Source: Podarcis vaucheri (lineage: Eukaryota). Taken from it: a stretch of DNA of 64,000 nucleotides. Both the position numbers and the translations under genes were made by a program. Position 1 is the stretch's first letter. Each line of letters starts with the position of its first letter. Under the pieces are notes generated by a model. That model did not search any database. It saw only the letters and a list, made by a program, of their open reading frames with translations, and was not told the DNA's origin. The DNA lies in assembly GCA_965113315.1 (NCBI GenBank), contig OZ220373.1, one strand, 5' to 3'. Of this stretch, positions 47,986 through 61,655 are shown piece after piece.

Positions 47986-48884
47986 TATATCTGTCAGTGC
48001 AGGAAAGCCCCATGCAGTGATGGTTTTGCCCCCTTCTCTCATAGGATATGAGCAGTAGCATCATTTCAGGACAAGGGAGCAAATATGCTTTAAACTTCTC
48101 TGGCATTGTCTTTGCTGCAGCCAACAGGCATAGGGAAATCACAGAAGTACCACCATTGATCAGAAAGCACTGCCCCATCCCTAAGCCATGACTTGACAGG
48201 ACAAAGGGATGGGCAACAGATGCTGGGAGGCAGTGTTATTGCAGATATTCCACAGCAGCTGTAGGGTGCCTCCTCATTCTTCTGGAAGCTGGTAGAGGCG
48301 AACACAACCTTTTCGATACAAAGTACTCCAGACATCAAAAGATGGGGGAAACTGTTCTGTTTGTCTGTGTCTATCCTTTTGTAGCTTTTGGAAAGTTTCC
48401 TGATAGACAAATCAAATTGTTGCAGGCTTTGGCAAGTTTTGCAACTATCTTGCACCAGTCATTTTGGTTTTGTACCACCCCCCCCTTTTATATATAAAAA
48501 AGCGAGTGTGTTCCATTTCTGTAATGAAGGATGTAAAATCATGAGATTGTAGCATAAATATTATGAATGCTGTGGAATATCTGTCTGCCTGCGATCAAAC
48601 AGAAGCTGAAGTTTGTTACTACCTTAAGAAATGAAACTGACTACACTAGTTTGATTACAGATCTGTTTCTCAGTTGTTACACATTTACAGCATTTGTCAC
48701 TGCCACCACCCTGGAATTGGATCAAGTTTTGTTCCTCGCTTTCAGTCAAATGCAGATATACAGCTGATACAGATATAGATACACATATTCATATACAGAG
48801 AGACATAGGGACCTTGTGCAGTCCTCATTATTTAATTAGGCTTTTAACCCCTAAATAAACATTTGGCTGGCAGTGAACGCGAAA

Positions 48885-49022
48885 GTAGAAGGCAGAGGGC
48901 CTTTTTGGGGGTGGTGGCCTTCCTGTGAAATGCAAGGAGATGGCAAGGAGATAAAGAACTACACACTTTTAGAAGACATCTGAAGGCAGCCCTGTATTGG
49001 GACGTTTTTTAATGTTTGATGT
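48885..49022 (+). mobile_element. L2 LINE 3' fragment
   Basis: aggcagagggcc...ttttagaagacatctgaaggcagccctgtattggga, matching 13315-13445. Confidence 0.75.
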
Positions 49023-49560
49023 GTCCATCTCCTTCTCCCTGCACCTGATTACATGTTTAATCAAGGATTTAAACCCTAATTAAACATCCAGTTGGCAGTG
49101 AAGAGGGGAAGAAGGAAGGAGGGACAAGAGAGAGTGTTTGCCTATGTCATCTTCCCCCCTCCGCCAACCCTATTTTTAATTAGTGTTTTAAATCCTGATT
49201 AAACATGTGGTTGCCTGAGCACCCTGCTTTTAGCAGTCCTGTACTGCTCTGGGCAGACCCAACAAGAAGCAGACCTGGAGCTGCCTTGACGTGCTCTGGG
49301 CAAATCCCAGGTTGACCCAAATTGCCTGGTTTGGATTGACAATGAGTTTTTAGAAATGAAAACGTCTCCACATCATGGAATGCAAGAATATGAGATGGTC
49401 GAAGAGATACCAAACTCAGATGTGTGAGAGGTTTTATGGGGCTGGGGGGGGGGGGCTGGCAGCTTTGCCAATTTTCTGCACAATCCAAATCTCAGCTCCA
49501 CCTGAGTGGAGAAGTTTGTATGCAGCAGATCTTGGGCTGTGCCAGCTGAGCTGGGGCAAA

Positions 49561-49830
49561 GAGGAAGAGGAGGAAGAAGAAGAAGAAGAGGAGGAGGAGG
49601 AGTTTGGATTTGATATCCCACTTTATCACTACCCTAAGGAGTCTCAAAGTGACTAACAATCTCCTTTCCCTTCGTCCCCCACAACAAACAGGTGAGGTGA
49701 GTGGGGCTGAGAGACTTCAAATAAGTGTGACTAGCCCAAGGTCACCCAGCAGCTGCATGTGGAGGAGTGGGGAAGCGAACCCGGTTCACCAGATTACGAG
49801 TCCACCGCTCTTAACCACTACACCACACTG
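49561..49830 (-). mobile_element. tRNA-derived SINE with (CTC/CTT)n tail
   Basis: Minus strand ccagtgtggtgtagtggttaagagcggtggactcgtaatctggtgaaccgggttcgcttcccc (A and B boxes) ...gatatcaaatccaaac, with the tail read as GAG/GAA repeats at 49561-49602 on the + strand. Confidence 0.85.
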
Positions 49831-51001
49831 GATCTTCAGTACTAAGCCAGTATAAATCCCCCCTCCTGGCTCAGCTGGCATAAATCCCAGCCCTGACTCT
49901 AGCATAAGTTCTGCTGGCTTCCTATTGTTTGAATTGCTCTATTTTGCCAAATCTCTGACTTTATCTGTAGGGGTGCGTGTGCGCGCGTGCATGCATATGC
50001 TCACTTTATGTTACTCATGTTTACTATAGACCCGTTTTGTCCTTTGTCACAGTAAGTGTTGCTACTTGTGTAGTTCTACGGAACATCCCCCCACCCCCCG
50101 CTGGTGAAATATGATTCATTGGAGGATTGTGGAAGTGTGATTTAGAATACAGCGCTTACATCTATAGCCAGAGGCCCATATTCATAACTCTCATAATTTG
50201 CATATGTAGACTTGACATTACCCTTCTGTTCAATGCTTGCTCCGTTATTATCTGAGAATTGTGCAGATGACCTCTGTTCATTTTTACAAATGACCACATC
50301 TGCCTGATCTGCACTTTTATTATTCCACCATGTGATTTTTTTTCAATTAAATATTATTAATTAGATGCTATTGTTCCATATCTAGTTTTTTCAATATGTT
50401 AAAGATTCTGCAGAAAAGTGGGGAGGGGGAGAGTAAAAGGAAGCAAGCCACCCAACAGGAATAGCTTTTCTTTTTCCTTGTGATTATATATTCGCAGCCA
50501 TGTATATACTTCTATATCTATATTGACCCATGTGAATTGCTAAGCAGCTGGCTCTCATTTCGTATGCAGCACCACAGCCTTATGCACAATGATTGTCATA
50601 TAGACTCCCTTGCCACAAGGAATTGAAAGCCCAACTGGATCAGAATGTGCCACAGGGAGAGAGGGTCACAAAGTGAGGAAGGGATATTGATAAAGTGCCC
50701 CTTTTAAAGCTGTACTACCAAAATGATTAAGGTTTTAAATGACAATTTTAGTTTATATTTTAGTGATCAAGATTTAATATATATTTTTAACTGCCACTAT
50801 ATCTGAATTGTCTCTGTTACACCCAACTGCAATTCAATGTATTCCTGTTGTGTTTTATGATTTTCCTGATATTGTAAGTGAGCTGGAACTGGTCTGTGAC
50901 CGTAATAATAAAATTCATTCATTCAAGTGCCCCTTTCTCATCCCCCCCCCGCATTGCCTCAATTTTCAAACAGCAAGTGTCTGCTTTCCTCATTTGCGGT
51001 A

Positions 51002-51230
51002 CAGTGGTGCCTCGGGTTATGAACTTAATGCATTCCAGAAGTCAGTTCTTAACCCGAAGTGTTCTTAACATAAGGTACGCATTCCCTACATAGGCCTCCA
51101 CAGCCCTGGAAGCAGATTATGTTCGTATCCCGGGCAAAGTTCGTAACCCAGAGCACCTACTTCTGGGTTTGTGGAGTTCATAACATGAAGTGTTCGTAAG
51201 TAGGACGGTTTGTAACCCGAGGTACCACTG
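51002..51230. mobile_element. Tigger/pogo-type MITE related to family A
   Basis: TA|cagtggtgcctcgggtta...taacccgaggtaccactg|TA, with a different internal sequence. Confidence 0.85.
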
Positions 51231-51400
51231 TAGTGGGCTTCTTGGCAATATGTGCAAAAGTAGACATAAATGCATTTGTCAGCATTTCCATGTGAATTTT
51301 TCCTAATGCATGCAAATTTACCTAATATACACAATTTTTAAAAAACAATTGCAAAAAACAAAAATAATATTTTTGTATGTTGTTTTCAGTAAAATATCAT

Positions 51401-51530
51401 TTAATTATAATTATAATTATAATTATAATTATACCCTGCCCATCTGGGCGGCTTCCAACAAAATATTAAAATACAATGGTCTGTTAAACATTAAAAGCTT
51501 TCCTAAACAAGGCTGCCTTCAGATGTCTTA
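51401..51530 (-). mobile_element. L2 3' end with (AATTAT)n tail
   Basis: ataccctgcccatctgggcggcttccaaca...aggctgccttcagatgtctt is the reverse complement of the L2 3' end. Confidence 0.75.
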
Positions 51531-52926
51531 TGCACACTTTACCCTAGTCTGTGCATTATTATTACTATTATTATTATTATTATTTACATATTTCTTGTCT
51601 GGAGAACTGCACTGCAAAATTTGGAGAAGTGCAAATTTTGAGGGATGATTGTCAGGGACTGGTGGGGCTCTGATGAGTGAGTTGTGGAGGCAGGGGGTGG
51701 GGGGCTGTTGACACAGGAGAGCAGACCAATGATTTATGGGGTTTGGTGTCCGCGTGAGGCAAGAGTCAGGGAGGGGGAAAGAAGACAGGTCAGAGCAGTC
51801 CCAGGCAGAGGGGCGAGTGCAGGACATGTCAGAAGCAGAGGAAGAGGCTGTCCTGGCGAGGGACTACCTATGCTGTATGGCAAACAAATACTGAAACAGC
51901 ATTTCAAAAGCAGTTCACAATGTGGCACAGTGGCAGCAAGTAGGGTAGGAAGCGATTCAAGGCAGAAAAATAAACAAACTTTCCACTGGGCTGGGAAAAG
52001 CCTGGATACTCTTTAGAGCCTGGCAATAAATTTGCTGTCATTAGGCTAATGGTGAAATAACTGGCTTGGTGAAGTATTTGATTTGCAGAAGTAAAGAAAA
52101 AAATGAACTATGCCAATTTGGTTATATTTTGTGACATGTTTTAGAGATGATGCTGTCTTAATTGCAAGGAGATAGACAGGAGAAGTGGGAAGTGAGTGTT
52201 TTGCTCAACAGTTTTGTATGTTTTGCTTTCCAGCCATGGTTTCTTTGATGTGCAGACAATTCAGAACATTTTCCCCTTATTGTTTGTAAGCCTACACAGA
52301 TTTTAATTATGGTGAGCTCATTTGGGCATGGCTTATGATGGAAAAGTAGTGCACAATAAACCAGTGTTGATGATAGGTTCACTTGTCAGACCCAATAGTA
52401 AAACAAGCCAACAAACAAAAATCCATTTGGGAGCTAAAAGACATAGATCCAAAATCTAGAAGTGCACAGATGTTCTTTCTTGGCAAAATGAAAGCAGAAA
52501 AAAACCGCTAGCAAAATTTTATTTGCAGGGTTTTGAAGATGTTAGCAGGGTGTGTGATTTCAATCAGCCAAATGGCATGTGGGAAAGATTAACTCCTCCC
52601 TCCCTCCTGCATTCACATTCTTTATTTTCTGCCATCCTTTTGGGGGAGACACTGTCTTGTCCTTTGCTTCAGTCAGCCAAATGTCTTGGGTTGGCCCTGT
52701 TCCTGCACAGCTGCTATCAACAGAACAAACATGCAGGAGATAATTTTCCTGGATCTCTCACGTCATTGAGCTGATGTGGTATAGTGGCCAGTGTGTTGGG
52801 CTAGGACCTATGAGATGGGGGTTCAAATCCCCCCCCCAAAAGTCATGAAGTTCACTAGGTGACTTTGGGCTACTAACCTACCTCAGAGCTTTGTTGTTGG
52901 GATCAAACAGGAGGCGGAGAACTATG

Positions 52927-53240
52927 CAGGTGCCAGTACTCACCACAAAGTTATTACAGTGAGTGCCACACTTTTAACATCTGAAAAAAGGTGTCAGTAC
53001 TGTGTACAGTGGTACCTTGGGTTACATACACTTCAGGTTACATAACGCTTCAGGTTACAGACTCTGCTAACCCAGAAATAGTACCTCAGGATGAGAACAG
53101 AAATTGTACTCCAGTGGCGCAGCGGCAGCAGGAGGCCCCATTAGCTAAAGTTTCAGGTTAAGAACGGACCTCCGGAATGAATTAAGTACTTAACCCGAGG
53201 TACCACTGTACCCTTGAGTACCCCCAGGAAAAAAGCACTG
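52927..53240. mobile_element. hAT MITE (left end partly deleted) inserted in the SINE
   Basis: 8-bp TSD gaactatg at 52919-52926 and 53241-53248. Right end aaaaaagcactg. Confidence 0.75.
53007..53208 (+). mobile_element. Tigger/pogo-type MITE, family A, nested in the hAT MITE
   Basis: TA|cagtggtaccttgggtta...taacccgaggtaccactg|TA. Confidence 0.9.
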
Positions 53241-54453
53241 GAACTATGCCACCTTGGAGGAAATGTGAGATATGGATGTAATATTAAATGATAAAATAAA
53301 TCATCTACTTTGTCCTGAGAAGAAATAGGGGAAATGGAACGTATAATAATTAAAGGCAGGGAAGGGGATGGATCAAAACGGGGAAAGGAGCAGAGTCAAA
53401 TTCTGAAACAATAACCAGAAATAAGTGTGCCCAAAGCCAGATTTTCCAACTTGCCAAGGATTCTTAAGTGATGGGGGACCTTGCTGCCTTCCCCACAAAT
53501 TATTTCTGGACAGGGACATTAAATAAATGGAAGGGGGAGTTGCACGTGCACACACAAGGTTTCTGAGACTACAACATTCTCTGTATCGCTACCTATACAA
53601 AATTTTGACTACTGTGGAGTGTAGACTACCACTTTTGTATGGTCCTACAAAGTTACACACCTAATCTCTTATGCATGTAGAAAAAGTTAGCTTTTATAGT
53701 ATCGGATCCAGTACCTTATTAGGACCGTTTCATGCAAAGCATTTACCCGTGTTCATTTCATCATTTTACATCCTTTTATTTTGATTTGGGTAGCAATTCT
53801 CCGATTAGATAAAATAGAAATTGGATTTTGAAAATATACTTGCACAAATCTGTTTAAGACTTGAATAATTTATCCAGTTGAAATTTAGGCAGGATTGGAT
53901 TTGTGGTGGTGGTGATTATTGTATTTGAAATGCCGTACAGGGTTGATCTGATTCTTTTTTAAAAGATGCATAGTGCAATTGTAGCTTTATTAAGCAAAAC
54001 ACTTCTTTTCCTTCTGAATGTGCTGCAGCTGCTTTGTGAAACATAGAGCAAAGACAAATGTGACATTTTGGAACAGTGGAGCAACTCTGGAAACTCCTTT
54101 ACTACATTTGATCCACATTTCCCTTCCGTTGTTGAACTGGAACAAAAGAGGTTCTGCAAATCTTTGCAAATCTTTCATTGACTGGCTTCATACCAAGAAG
54201 AACAACTTCTCTGGTTCCTCAAACTTTGGAGCAGTCTTGCACTTAAATAAATAAATAAAAAGCGTATAAAATATTAATAACGAATGAGCACAGCAATGCA
54301 TCATGCGGTGCTTTTAAAAATAAAAATGTATACAGCCTGACTGAAGGATGGAGAGGGGGAAATGATGGGCAGCCGAGTTGCCATTTTATTTAGCATTATG
54401 CATGCATGCATGCATTGTGGTTGCATACTGTTTTGCAAATGGTTCATGCAGGC

Positions 54454-54702
54454 CAGGGGTCAGCAAACCTTTTCAGCAGAGGGCCGGTCCACTGTCCCTC
54501 AGACTAAGGAGTGGGTAGACGGACTATATTTTGAAGAAAATATAAATGAATGAATTCCTATGCCCCGCAAATAACCCAGAGATGCATTTTAAATAAAAGC
54601 ACACATTCTACTCATGTAAAAACAAGCTGATTCCCAGACCATCCGGATTTAGAAGGCGATTGGGCTGGATCCAGCCCCCGAGCCTTAGCTGGCCTACCCA
54701 TG
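54454..54702. mobile_element. hAT (Charlie-like) MITE
   Basis: caggggtcagcaaacc...ggcctacccatg. Degenerate TSD atgcaggc/atgtagac. Confidence 0.75.
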
Positions 54703-55970
54703 ATGTAGACCTTGCATGTACTATAGTTTCCAAATCCATTCCATTTTTAAATCTGGCACCACCTGACTCCACTCCCTGCTCACCCTTCTCAGAGAATCTG
54801 AAAAAAGTGAACAAAGAGACAGTTATGTCCCATGGAAACATTTGAGGCAAGAATTTTGTCTGCCAAGCAATGCCCAGAAGAAGGAAGGGTTGCTGATGGG
54901 AATGGAAGAAAGTTCAGCCATAATAACAGGATTCTTCTCAACTGCAATTCTGACAGTTTCTTGAGCGGCCCCAGAATTATTGGCTCTTTCATCTTTATTG
55001 AAAGGACCATTACTCAGAGATCCTTTTTTCTTTCTCATTTTGTGTCTTCCACATCTGCCTTGTGCCACAAGTTCCTTTAAAATGTTCTGAGTATGCTGCT
55101 GGGTCAGGTCTACTTGACATTAATTGCATTTTCTATTATTTTAACTTCCCTTCCTTCTCTAGAATATATACTACAAATATATTAATTAGAAATGGATGCT
55201 CTTCATTCAGTGAAGATGTGCTCAGGATAGATGCAAATTCACACATCACTTTCCCTCACTTCTTAACATGTAGATTAGAAGTTTGTGTGAACACACAAAT
55301 GGCAACTGGAAGGTCTTGCTAATATATTTTTCAAAGTAACACATTTTGCATTAGGGAAATGGTGGATGCATCTGATTTTTTAAAATTAATGTTCAAAGAG
55401 TTCTACCAAACAACACTTCTAGAACTGCAGTATAAATATTCCATATAAGAAAACACATCACCTACCTAATTCTGTCGTTGTTGGTTTTTGTTTGTTTTTA
55501 AAAAGGAATTGGGGATGTATGAAAAGTTGAATACAGTACTGAAAAGAGCAAAGAAATTTTCGAGACTGACAGCTGAAGATTGCATTTTCCAATGTGCCAA
55601 AGTCATTCCAGCAGTGAAATAACAACTCTCCTGTGGAACAGAAAGAGCTACAAATGAAACAGTTTTCTGTTCTGCAGGAGTGTTACAATGTCGGTAGCAC
55701 TGGATTTTATTTATTTGTTTATTCTTCACGATTCCCTAGTACTGTACTGTAGTTAAATATCCCTGGGCAATGGGAATGGAATAATGAACAGAATTACTTT
55801 GTTGTAGGTGTTACATTGCTGAGGAATATAGCCAAAATAAATTCCGAGCAAGTACTTGATCAAAACTGAAAATCAAAACCGTACAGTGAAAAATCATAAC
55901 TTATTTTAATTTCCAAGAATTAAATTTCAAATTTTAAAGCAAGCTCAGTTTTCAGAGAAATTACGTTTTA

Positions 55971-56020
55971 TAGAATAGAATAGAATAGAATAGAATAGAA
56001 TAGAATAGAATAGAATAGAA
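55971..56020. repeat. (TAGAA)10 pentanucleotide repeat
   Basis: Directly visible; ends 46 nt upstream of CAMK4 exon 2. Confidence 0.95.
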
Positions 56021-56066
56021 TATATTCTACATATCTGAACATAACTTTATATTCTATTTTTTTCAG

Positions 56067-56145
56067 GGGTGCAACATCTATTGTCTACAGATGCAGGCAG
56101 AAAGGAACACAAAAGCCATTTGCTGTCAAAATCTTGAAGAAAACT
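56067..56145 (+). CDS. CAMK4: CAMK4 second coding exon (kinase subdomains I-II)
   Basis: tttttcag|GGGT...AAAACT|gtaagt. Encodes (R)GATSIVYRCRQKGTQKPFAVKILKKT. 79 bp, and its phase matches exon 1. Confidence 0.96.
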
Positions 56146-57236
56146 GTAAGTTTCATTCCACCACCACCACCCCTTCTCAAATTTTTCTTACAGAGGTTTT
56201 CTTCAGAGGATCCATTGCAAATGCGTTTAGGCTTTAATTGCACAGTCTGACCAATGAGGATGTTCCAGCTTGGTTTGATTTAAATTCATGATGTGCACAC
56301 CAGCAGCCTTTGGAGGAAATTATTCCCGAAGACATGCTATGCATTTACTCATCTTTTTGTATATTACTATTCTATCTGCATATTGTAAAATGGTTAGTAG
56401 AAAATGTATACTTAGAAAACACCAAGTGCATGAATTCCTGATGAGAACAAAGCAGCAGGAAGCCATGGAAAGGACATAAAAAAATACAAGAGGTTCTGCA
56501 AACTAACCCATATATCATGTATGACTTCGTGATTTGAACTCAGCCTTCTATGGAAAGCAGAATCTTCTGCACAGGCGTATGGGTGTGGGAAGAAGAAAGA
56601 GATTATCACCCCCAAGACTACATGCCAGAAAGAATACAACAGTTCTTGTTTTTGCGAAGGAAGCAACCTTACCTTTTGTTTCATGCTGCAGTTGTACCTG
56701 AGCAATAGTTCTGACTCAGGGGGTGGCCAGCCCTCAATGCAGCCCTCAGAAGAGGGATGGGGGGAGAGAGAAAGGTTTAAAACAAGAGTAAAACTGTTTA
56801 TGTGTTCCTAGAGAATTGCTAATTTCTTCTGTAAGTAGGTTAATGGCAGGTGCTGCTTCAACTTTGCTAGCATGCCGTACTTTGAGAACTCTGCATTGTG
56901 GCATGTTCTCTGAGTGCTGAAGGTTTCATGGTATTATAAAAATAGCATTAGGATTAAAAAATTCAAAAGAGAAGTGCAGTCAGGAGATTCATCTAAGAGG
57001 TGGTTATTACATAAGCACCTGCAACTCTCTCAAAAGAGTTGCTATTATTCGAGCATCATATTTAGCTTTGAGGCCGAAATTCATATAAGTTATGGATTTT
57101 TCAATCCATAAGCAGAATGTAAGCAGAATTTTGGGGTGAGGGGAGAGAATTTGGATACAGGAGTGCGGGAGACGGCGGGGACGGCCAAGCTAGATGCATT
57201 TCCTTTACAACAACAGTTTTATGATCCAGCCATATT

Positions 57237-57464
57237 CAATGGCGGAGCTTCATGCTCTGGCACCGGGGGCGCCGCCCAAGGGGGCAGGGCGTGCATCCTG
57301 GGGGCGGGGCAGGTCACCCACAGGGCCGTGGTGTGCATTCTGGGGGTGTGGTGTGCTGCCTGCGGGAGCAGGGCACCCAGCAAGAACGGGGGGGGGGCAG
57401 CTGTGATGGAACCCCACGGGATTGTGCTGCTGGGGCGGCACGCTCCCCACTTCCTCCTCCAGTG
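57237..57464 (+). mobile_element. GC-rich hAT-type MITE
   Basis: Perfect 8-bp TSD gccatatt (57229-57236 and 57465-57472). Same family as 41575-41825. Confidence 0.85.
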
Positions 57465-60457
57465 GCCATATTGACAGTGAAAACCTTTTCAGGTTTCAGT
57501 AGGTAAGTGAGGGGAGGCATTCAGTAGAGAAGAATGAGATTTGTATCAGTGGAGATCCAACTCAGTTCTGCAAATGGAAAGAGCTCTTCTGTAGGTGGAA
57601 TAGCACGTTTGTACCAACTGTATCACTGTAGGTCGCTTATTCCACCAAATAAGAGGACTGTTCTTTCTGTTCCTCTTATTTCACCAGGGGAGGTTCAAGC
57701 ACATCTTCCATGGAGTTTAGACTTACCTTCAACAGTAGCTCCTCCACATTTTAAAATGTTCTGACAATAATTTTAATAATTTTAAGACTGTTTTATTGTT
57801 TTCTCGCCGAAGGGGCTTGAAATACTAGAGTTGCAAGCTGAAAATTTAGTACAGTGCAGATGTTCTTATCTGAGACCTAATTCTCATTTTCAGCCCCAGA
57901 TGTAGTTCGTCGCTCTACAGTAAAATATCTTGACACCACTGTTGAAAGAGTAAACACAGTGCAATGGAGCTATGTGACCATGTTGCAACTATCTGTCTGT
58001 CTGGAGTGAATATGCATAGTTCTAGCCCCCTCATCTTTAAAAGATGGGCAAATTGGTTAATATGCAAAAAAGCAGCAAATTAATAATCAGGGATATGGGA
58101 CGTTTTCTATATGGAAAAAAATCCAGATTAAGGCCCATCATCTTGGGAAAGTAAGTGCTTTCGGATGGGTGCTTTCTTGAATGACAGGCATGGTCATTCA
58201 GCATATCCAACCAACAGCTACAGGAAACATTGGTTAAATCAATTTATAACGGTCTCTTCCATTTTGAGAGTTTTGTTTAAGGGGACCAAGTAGAACATTA
58301 TGAAAGAAATAGATTAATGCAAAATTTGGCATACGCGGCTCTGCAGGCCCATTTATGTTAACAATTATTTTTCAGTGGATCCTGTGGAATTTCATTGATG
58401 ATCAAGGTATACACAGGTCACAAAGCTTGCTTACCCTTCTGAAAAAGGGAGTTCATTGATAGGTGACTTTTATTTGAAAACAGCTTGTCCTTAATCCCCA
58501 TGTTTTGTTTAGAGTCCTCAATAAGCTAAAGAAATGAAGATGGGGCTGCTAAGATGGACACTCTGGAAGGAAATAGATTAAAGGTGTCTTGTTATCAAAA
58601 AATTAAAAAGGGCAATATAAAAAATGGCTCCCCTCCCCTAGTTGTTGGTTGACTCCAACTTCCTCTCTTGAAACTCGAATGAAAAGTGTGTTGTGATAGA
58701 GAGCACCTTTGGGATAAACTGATGACATTTATAAATTAAAACAGATCCCCTGAGGGACATGGAAGCATTCTAGTCATGTTAAAGGGAGTCCCTCAGGGAT
58801 GATTTTTGAGAAAATCATTGCCCTAATCTTCCCAGAGAAGAGGAAAAAGATATGTTTTATTCCTGATCACGACCCAAACTGGCAACAGTTTTTACAGCAA
58901 CTGTTATTGTGGGACTTGAGGCAATTTTAGGTTACATCCCAGCAGATAAAATATCCAGAGATGGAGCCAAGTCTACTTGTCTCTAAAAAATAAATCTTCC
59001 CTACCAACAGCAGTTGAGGTTTACGTGAGGCACTTTTAACTGAATGTCTTTAAAGACTGAGGGATCTGCTCAGGCTTTAGAGACACTAAAGTGAAATTGC
59101 ACTGGGCTGCAGTCCTGCACCCATTTACCTGAAAGTAAGCACAATAGAACTAAATAGGAAAAAGTAAGTCCTCCTCAAAAGTGAGTGGACATACATAGGA
59201 TTGTGTGCTGTCACAAATCTGAGCCCCCAGGAAGAACCATTTAACTGTCATGTCAACTTTCATTCCAATTCAGCCAACTTGTTCACCCCTCTTTGATCAA
59301 ATCTTCTGCTCATTTACAGTCAACTACTGCTTCCATGTGCATACCAGCAAACTTATAGCTAGTCCAGCCATCAGTCTTGCTCTCCACATTCTGTTTGGCC
59401 TTTGTTGCTTAAACTTGAAATGCGAGAAAGTTTCTGCATTTATCTGTTCATTCACCACCTAATTAATTACACAACAGAGCTTTTTAATAATAATAATAAT
59501 ATCTTTATTGTGTAAAACCGCTTCAAAGATCAAGGAGGGAGCATTACTGGGTTGTTTCTACAGTCAAGCCTTTTAGTAGCGCTGAGGCATTGCTTTCCCA
59601 CTGTCCACTGTAAGCAAAATCAAAGCAGTAATTCCATGCAGTGCTGCATATATCATAACCATTCCCGCAATGTTCATCACAATGGGCAACAGCCTATGCT
59701 TTCTTGGAAGTCCCAAGTGATTCTGCAGGATTTGTTTAAAAGAATAGGTGCATGACTATGCAGCCTCTGCCTGGGAGCAGGAGGAGGAGCGGAAAGATAA
59801 AGAAGAGAAATTCAGATGTCAGAAGTTCTCGCACCACGCAAGAGGCAGAGTTGAACTGGGCCCTGAAATTAATGTAATTCATTGACCTATTGATTACAGA
59901 AAATCCAGATGACAAAGCTGCTAAAACATTTGCATTCCTATGTTTTCATGTTGTCATACTTTTGAACGCTGAATTACACTGGCTTATTTCACTTCCTGTG
60001 AAACTTCAGCATAATGTTGTTGAATTCGGGCTGGCATAGCAGGTTGAGGGAGAGGGAGATAACATTTTCAGTGGTTGCCTGTCTGGATGGCTACTTCAGT
60101 GCTTTTCGCTGTCCATTCTTTGTCCTTCAAAGGAGAAGGCTTAGCTGAAAGGGGGTTCTTTACATGAAAGTGACTGTGAGGCATTCATTACACACATTTG
60201 AATGTAATATAGAGTCTGGCTCTGATAAAGTGATAACCTGAAGCTTGAATGTCAAACGTAGCATAGTTTAACTATGAGAACTTTTTAAAAAATCATTTAA
60301 AAACTTGTTTGCTTCTGTAAAGAACAGCCGTCTTCATTATTACTCTAGTTTCTAGACTTGGCATGATTATTTTTCGGCTAAGTAAAGCTGGCAGTGCTGT
60401 GATTCCATTTTTCCAGTTAGCTGCTGTTCTAAAGCCAGATGTTTAATTTACGGTAAG

Positions 60458-60826
60458 TAAGGTAAAGGTAAAAGTCCCTGGACGGTTAAATCCAGTCAAA
60501 GGTGACTATGGGGTTGCAGTGCTCAAATTGCTTTCAGGCTGAGGGAACCGGCATTTGTCCACAGACAGCTTTCTAGGTCATGTGGCCAGCATGACCAAAC
60601 CGCATCTGATGCAACGGGACACTGTGACAAGTGCAGAGCGCACGAAAACACCATTTACCTTCCCACCACAGTGGTACCTATTTATCTACTTGTACTGGCA
60701 TGCTTTCGAACTGCTAGGGTGGCAGGAGCTGGGACACAGCAACAAGAGCTCACCCCGTCATGGGGATTCGAACCGCCGACCTTCCGATCGGCAAGCCCAA
60801 GAGGCTCAGTGGTTTTGACCACAGCA
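60458..60826 (-). mobile_element. Sauria SINE (divergent subfamily)
   Basis: (aaggta)n tail, ggtcatgtggccagcatgac core, and ggggattcgaaccgccgaccttc B-box region. Confidence 0.9.
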
Positions 60827-60847
60827 ACTTAGCACTGACCCTTTGGA

Positions 60848-60922
60848 CTGGAGATGATGGGGTCTGAACCAGACACCTTCTGTATGCCAAGCAGCGGCTG
60901 AACTACTGAGATGCAGACCCTC
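60848..60922 (-). mobile_element. tRNA-derived SINE head fragment (family of 37661-37841)
   Basis: ggagatgatggggtctgaaccagacaccttctgtatgccaagcagcggctgaactactgag. Confidence 0.5.
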
Positions 60923-61655
60923 TATTTTTGGCAGGGCTAACTACCCATCTTGCAAAAATGCATGCAAAGAAGCTGTTGCACCAGCTCTCTTTCTAAATAA
61001 CAGCAGTTTTAGTGGAGAGCAGAGTTATTTAACCCTTTCCTGTGCTGCAAATTGCTACTTCCCTCATATATAAGCTGCACTCACTCCGTAGGGTTCCAAA
61101 CACAGCTTGAATCCTGAAGCTCAAGGTTAGTAAAGCAAGAAACAGCCAGCAGTATTTCGCTGCACCATCTGTTGACCAGACTGTTGGAACTAAGCCAGGT
61201 AATGTGCAGCTGAGTCTTGTTTCTATGAACACCAAACTAGTGCCAGAGCAGGGCTTGGTAATAGGTTTGTAAACAGTAGAATGGATTTCACTTTATCCAG
61301 ATTATTGGTTTGCCCACCCCCCGCCCCCCGCAAGGTTTTATCCTAAACATTTGGACTGTTAATGATGATGCATACTTTATCATTTATAAATTATATAACA
61401 AATGATAAGTATCAAATAAATGTGGTCTTCAGTGTTGAGACACAGAAACTCTGCAGTGCGAGATACCAGTGAACATCCTCATAAACATTTACCTGTTGTT
61501 GTCATGACATGAAAAGCTCACTAATGCCATGGTAGTGCCTGCTAAAACATTTTGATGGTAAGCATAGGTAGTATGTTTCACAAACATTAATTCACACATG
61601 TATTCAGAGCAAAGTTTAGAGATTGGGAACATTTTTAGCAAGACCTAGGGAAGAC

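Larger units (their letters stand above)
52773..53290 (+). mobile_element. Old tRNA-derived SINE interrupted by nested DNA transposons
   Basis: tgtggtatagtggccagtgtgttgggctaggacc...gggttcaaatccc...ggagaactatg [insert] gaactatgccaccttggaggaaatg. Confidence 0.7.
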
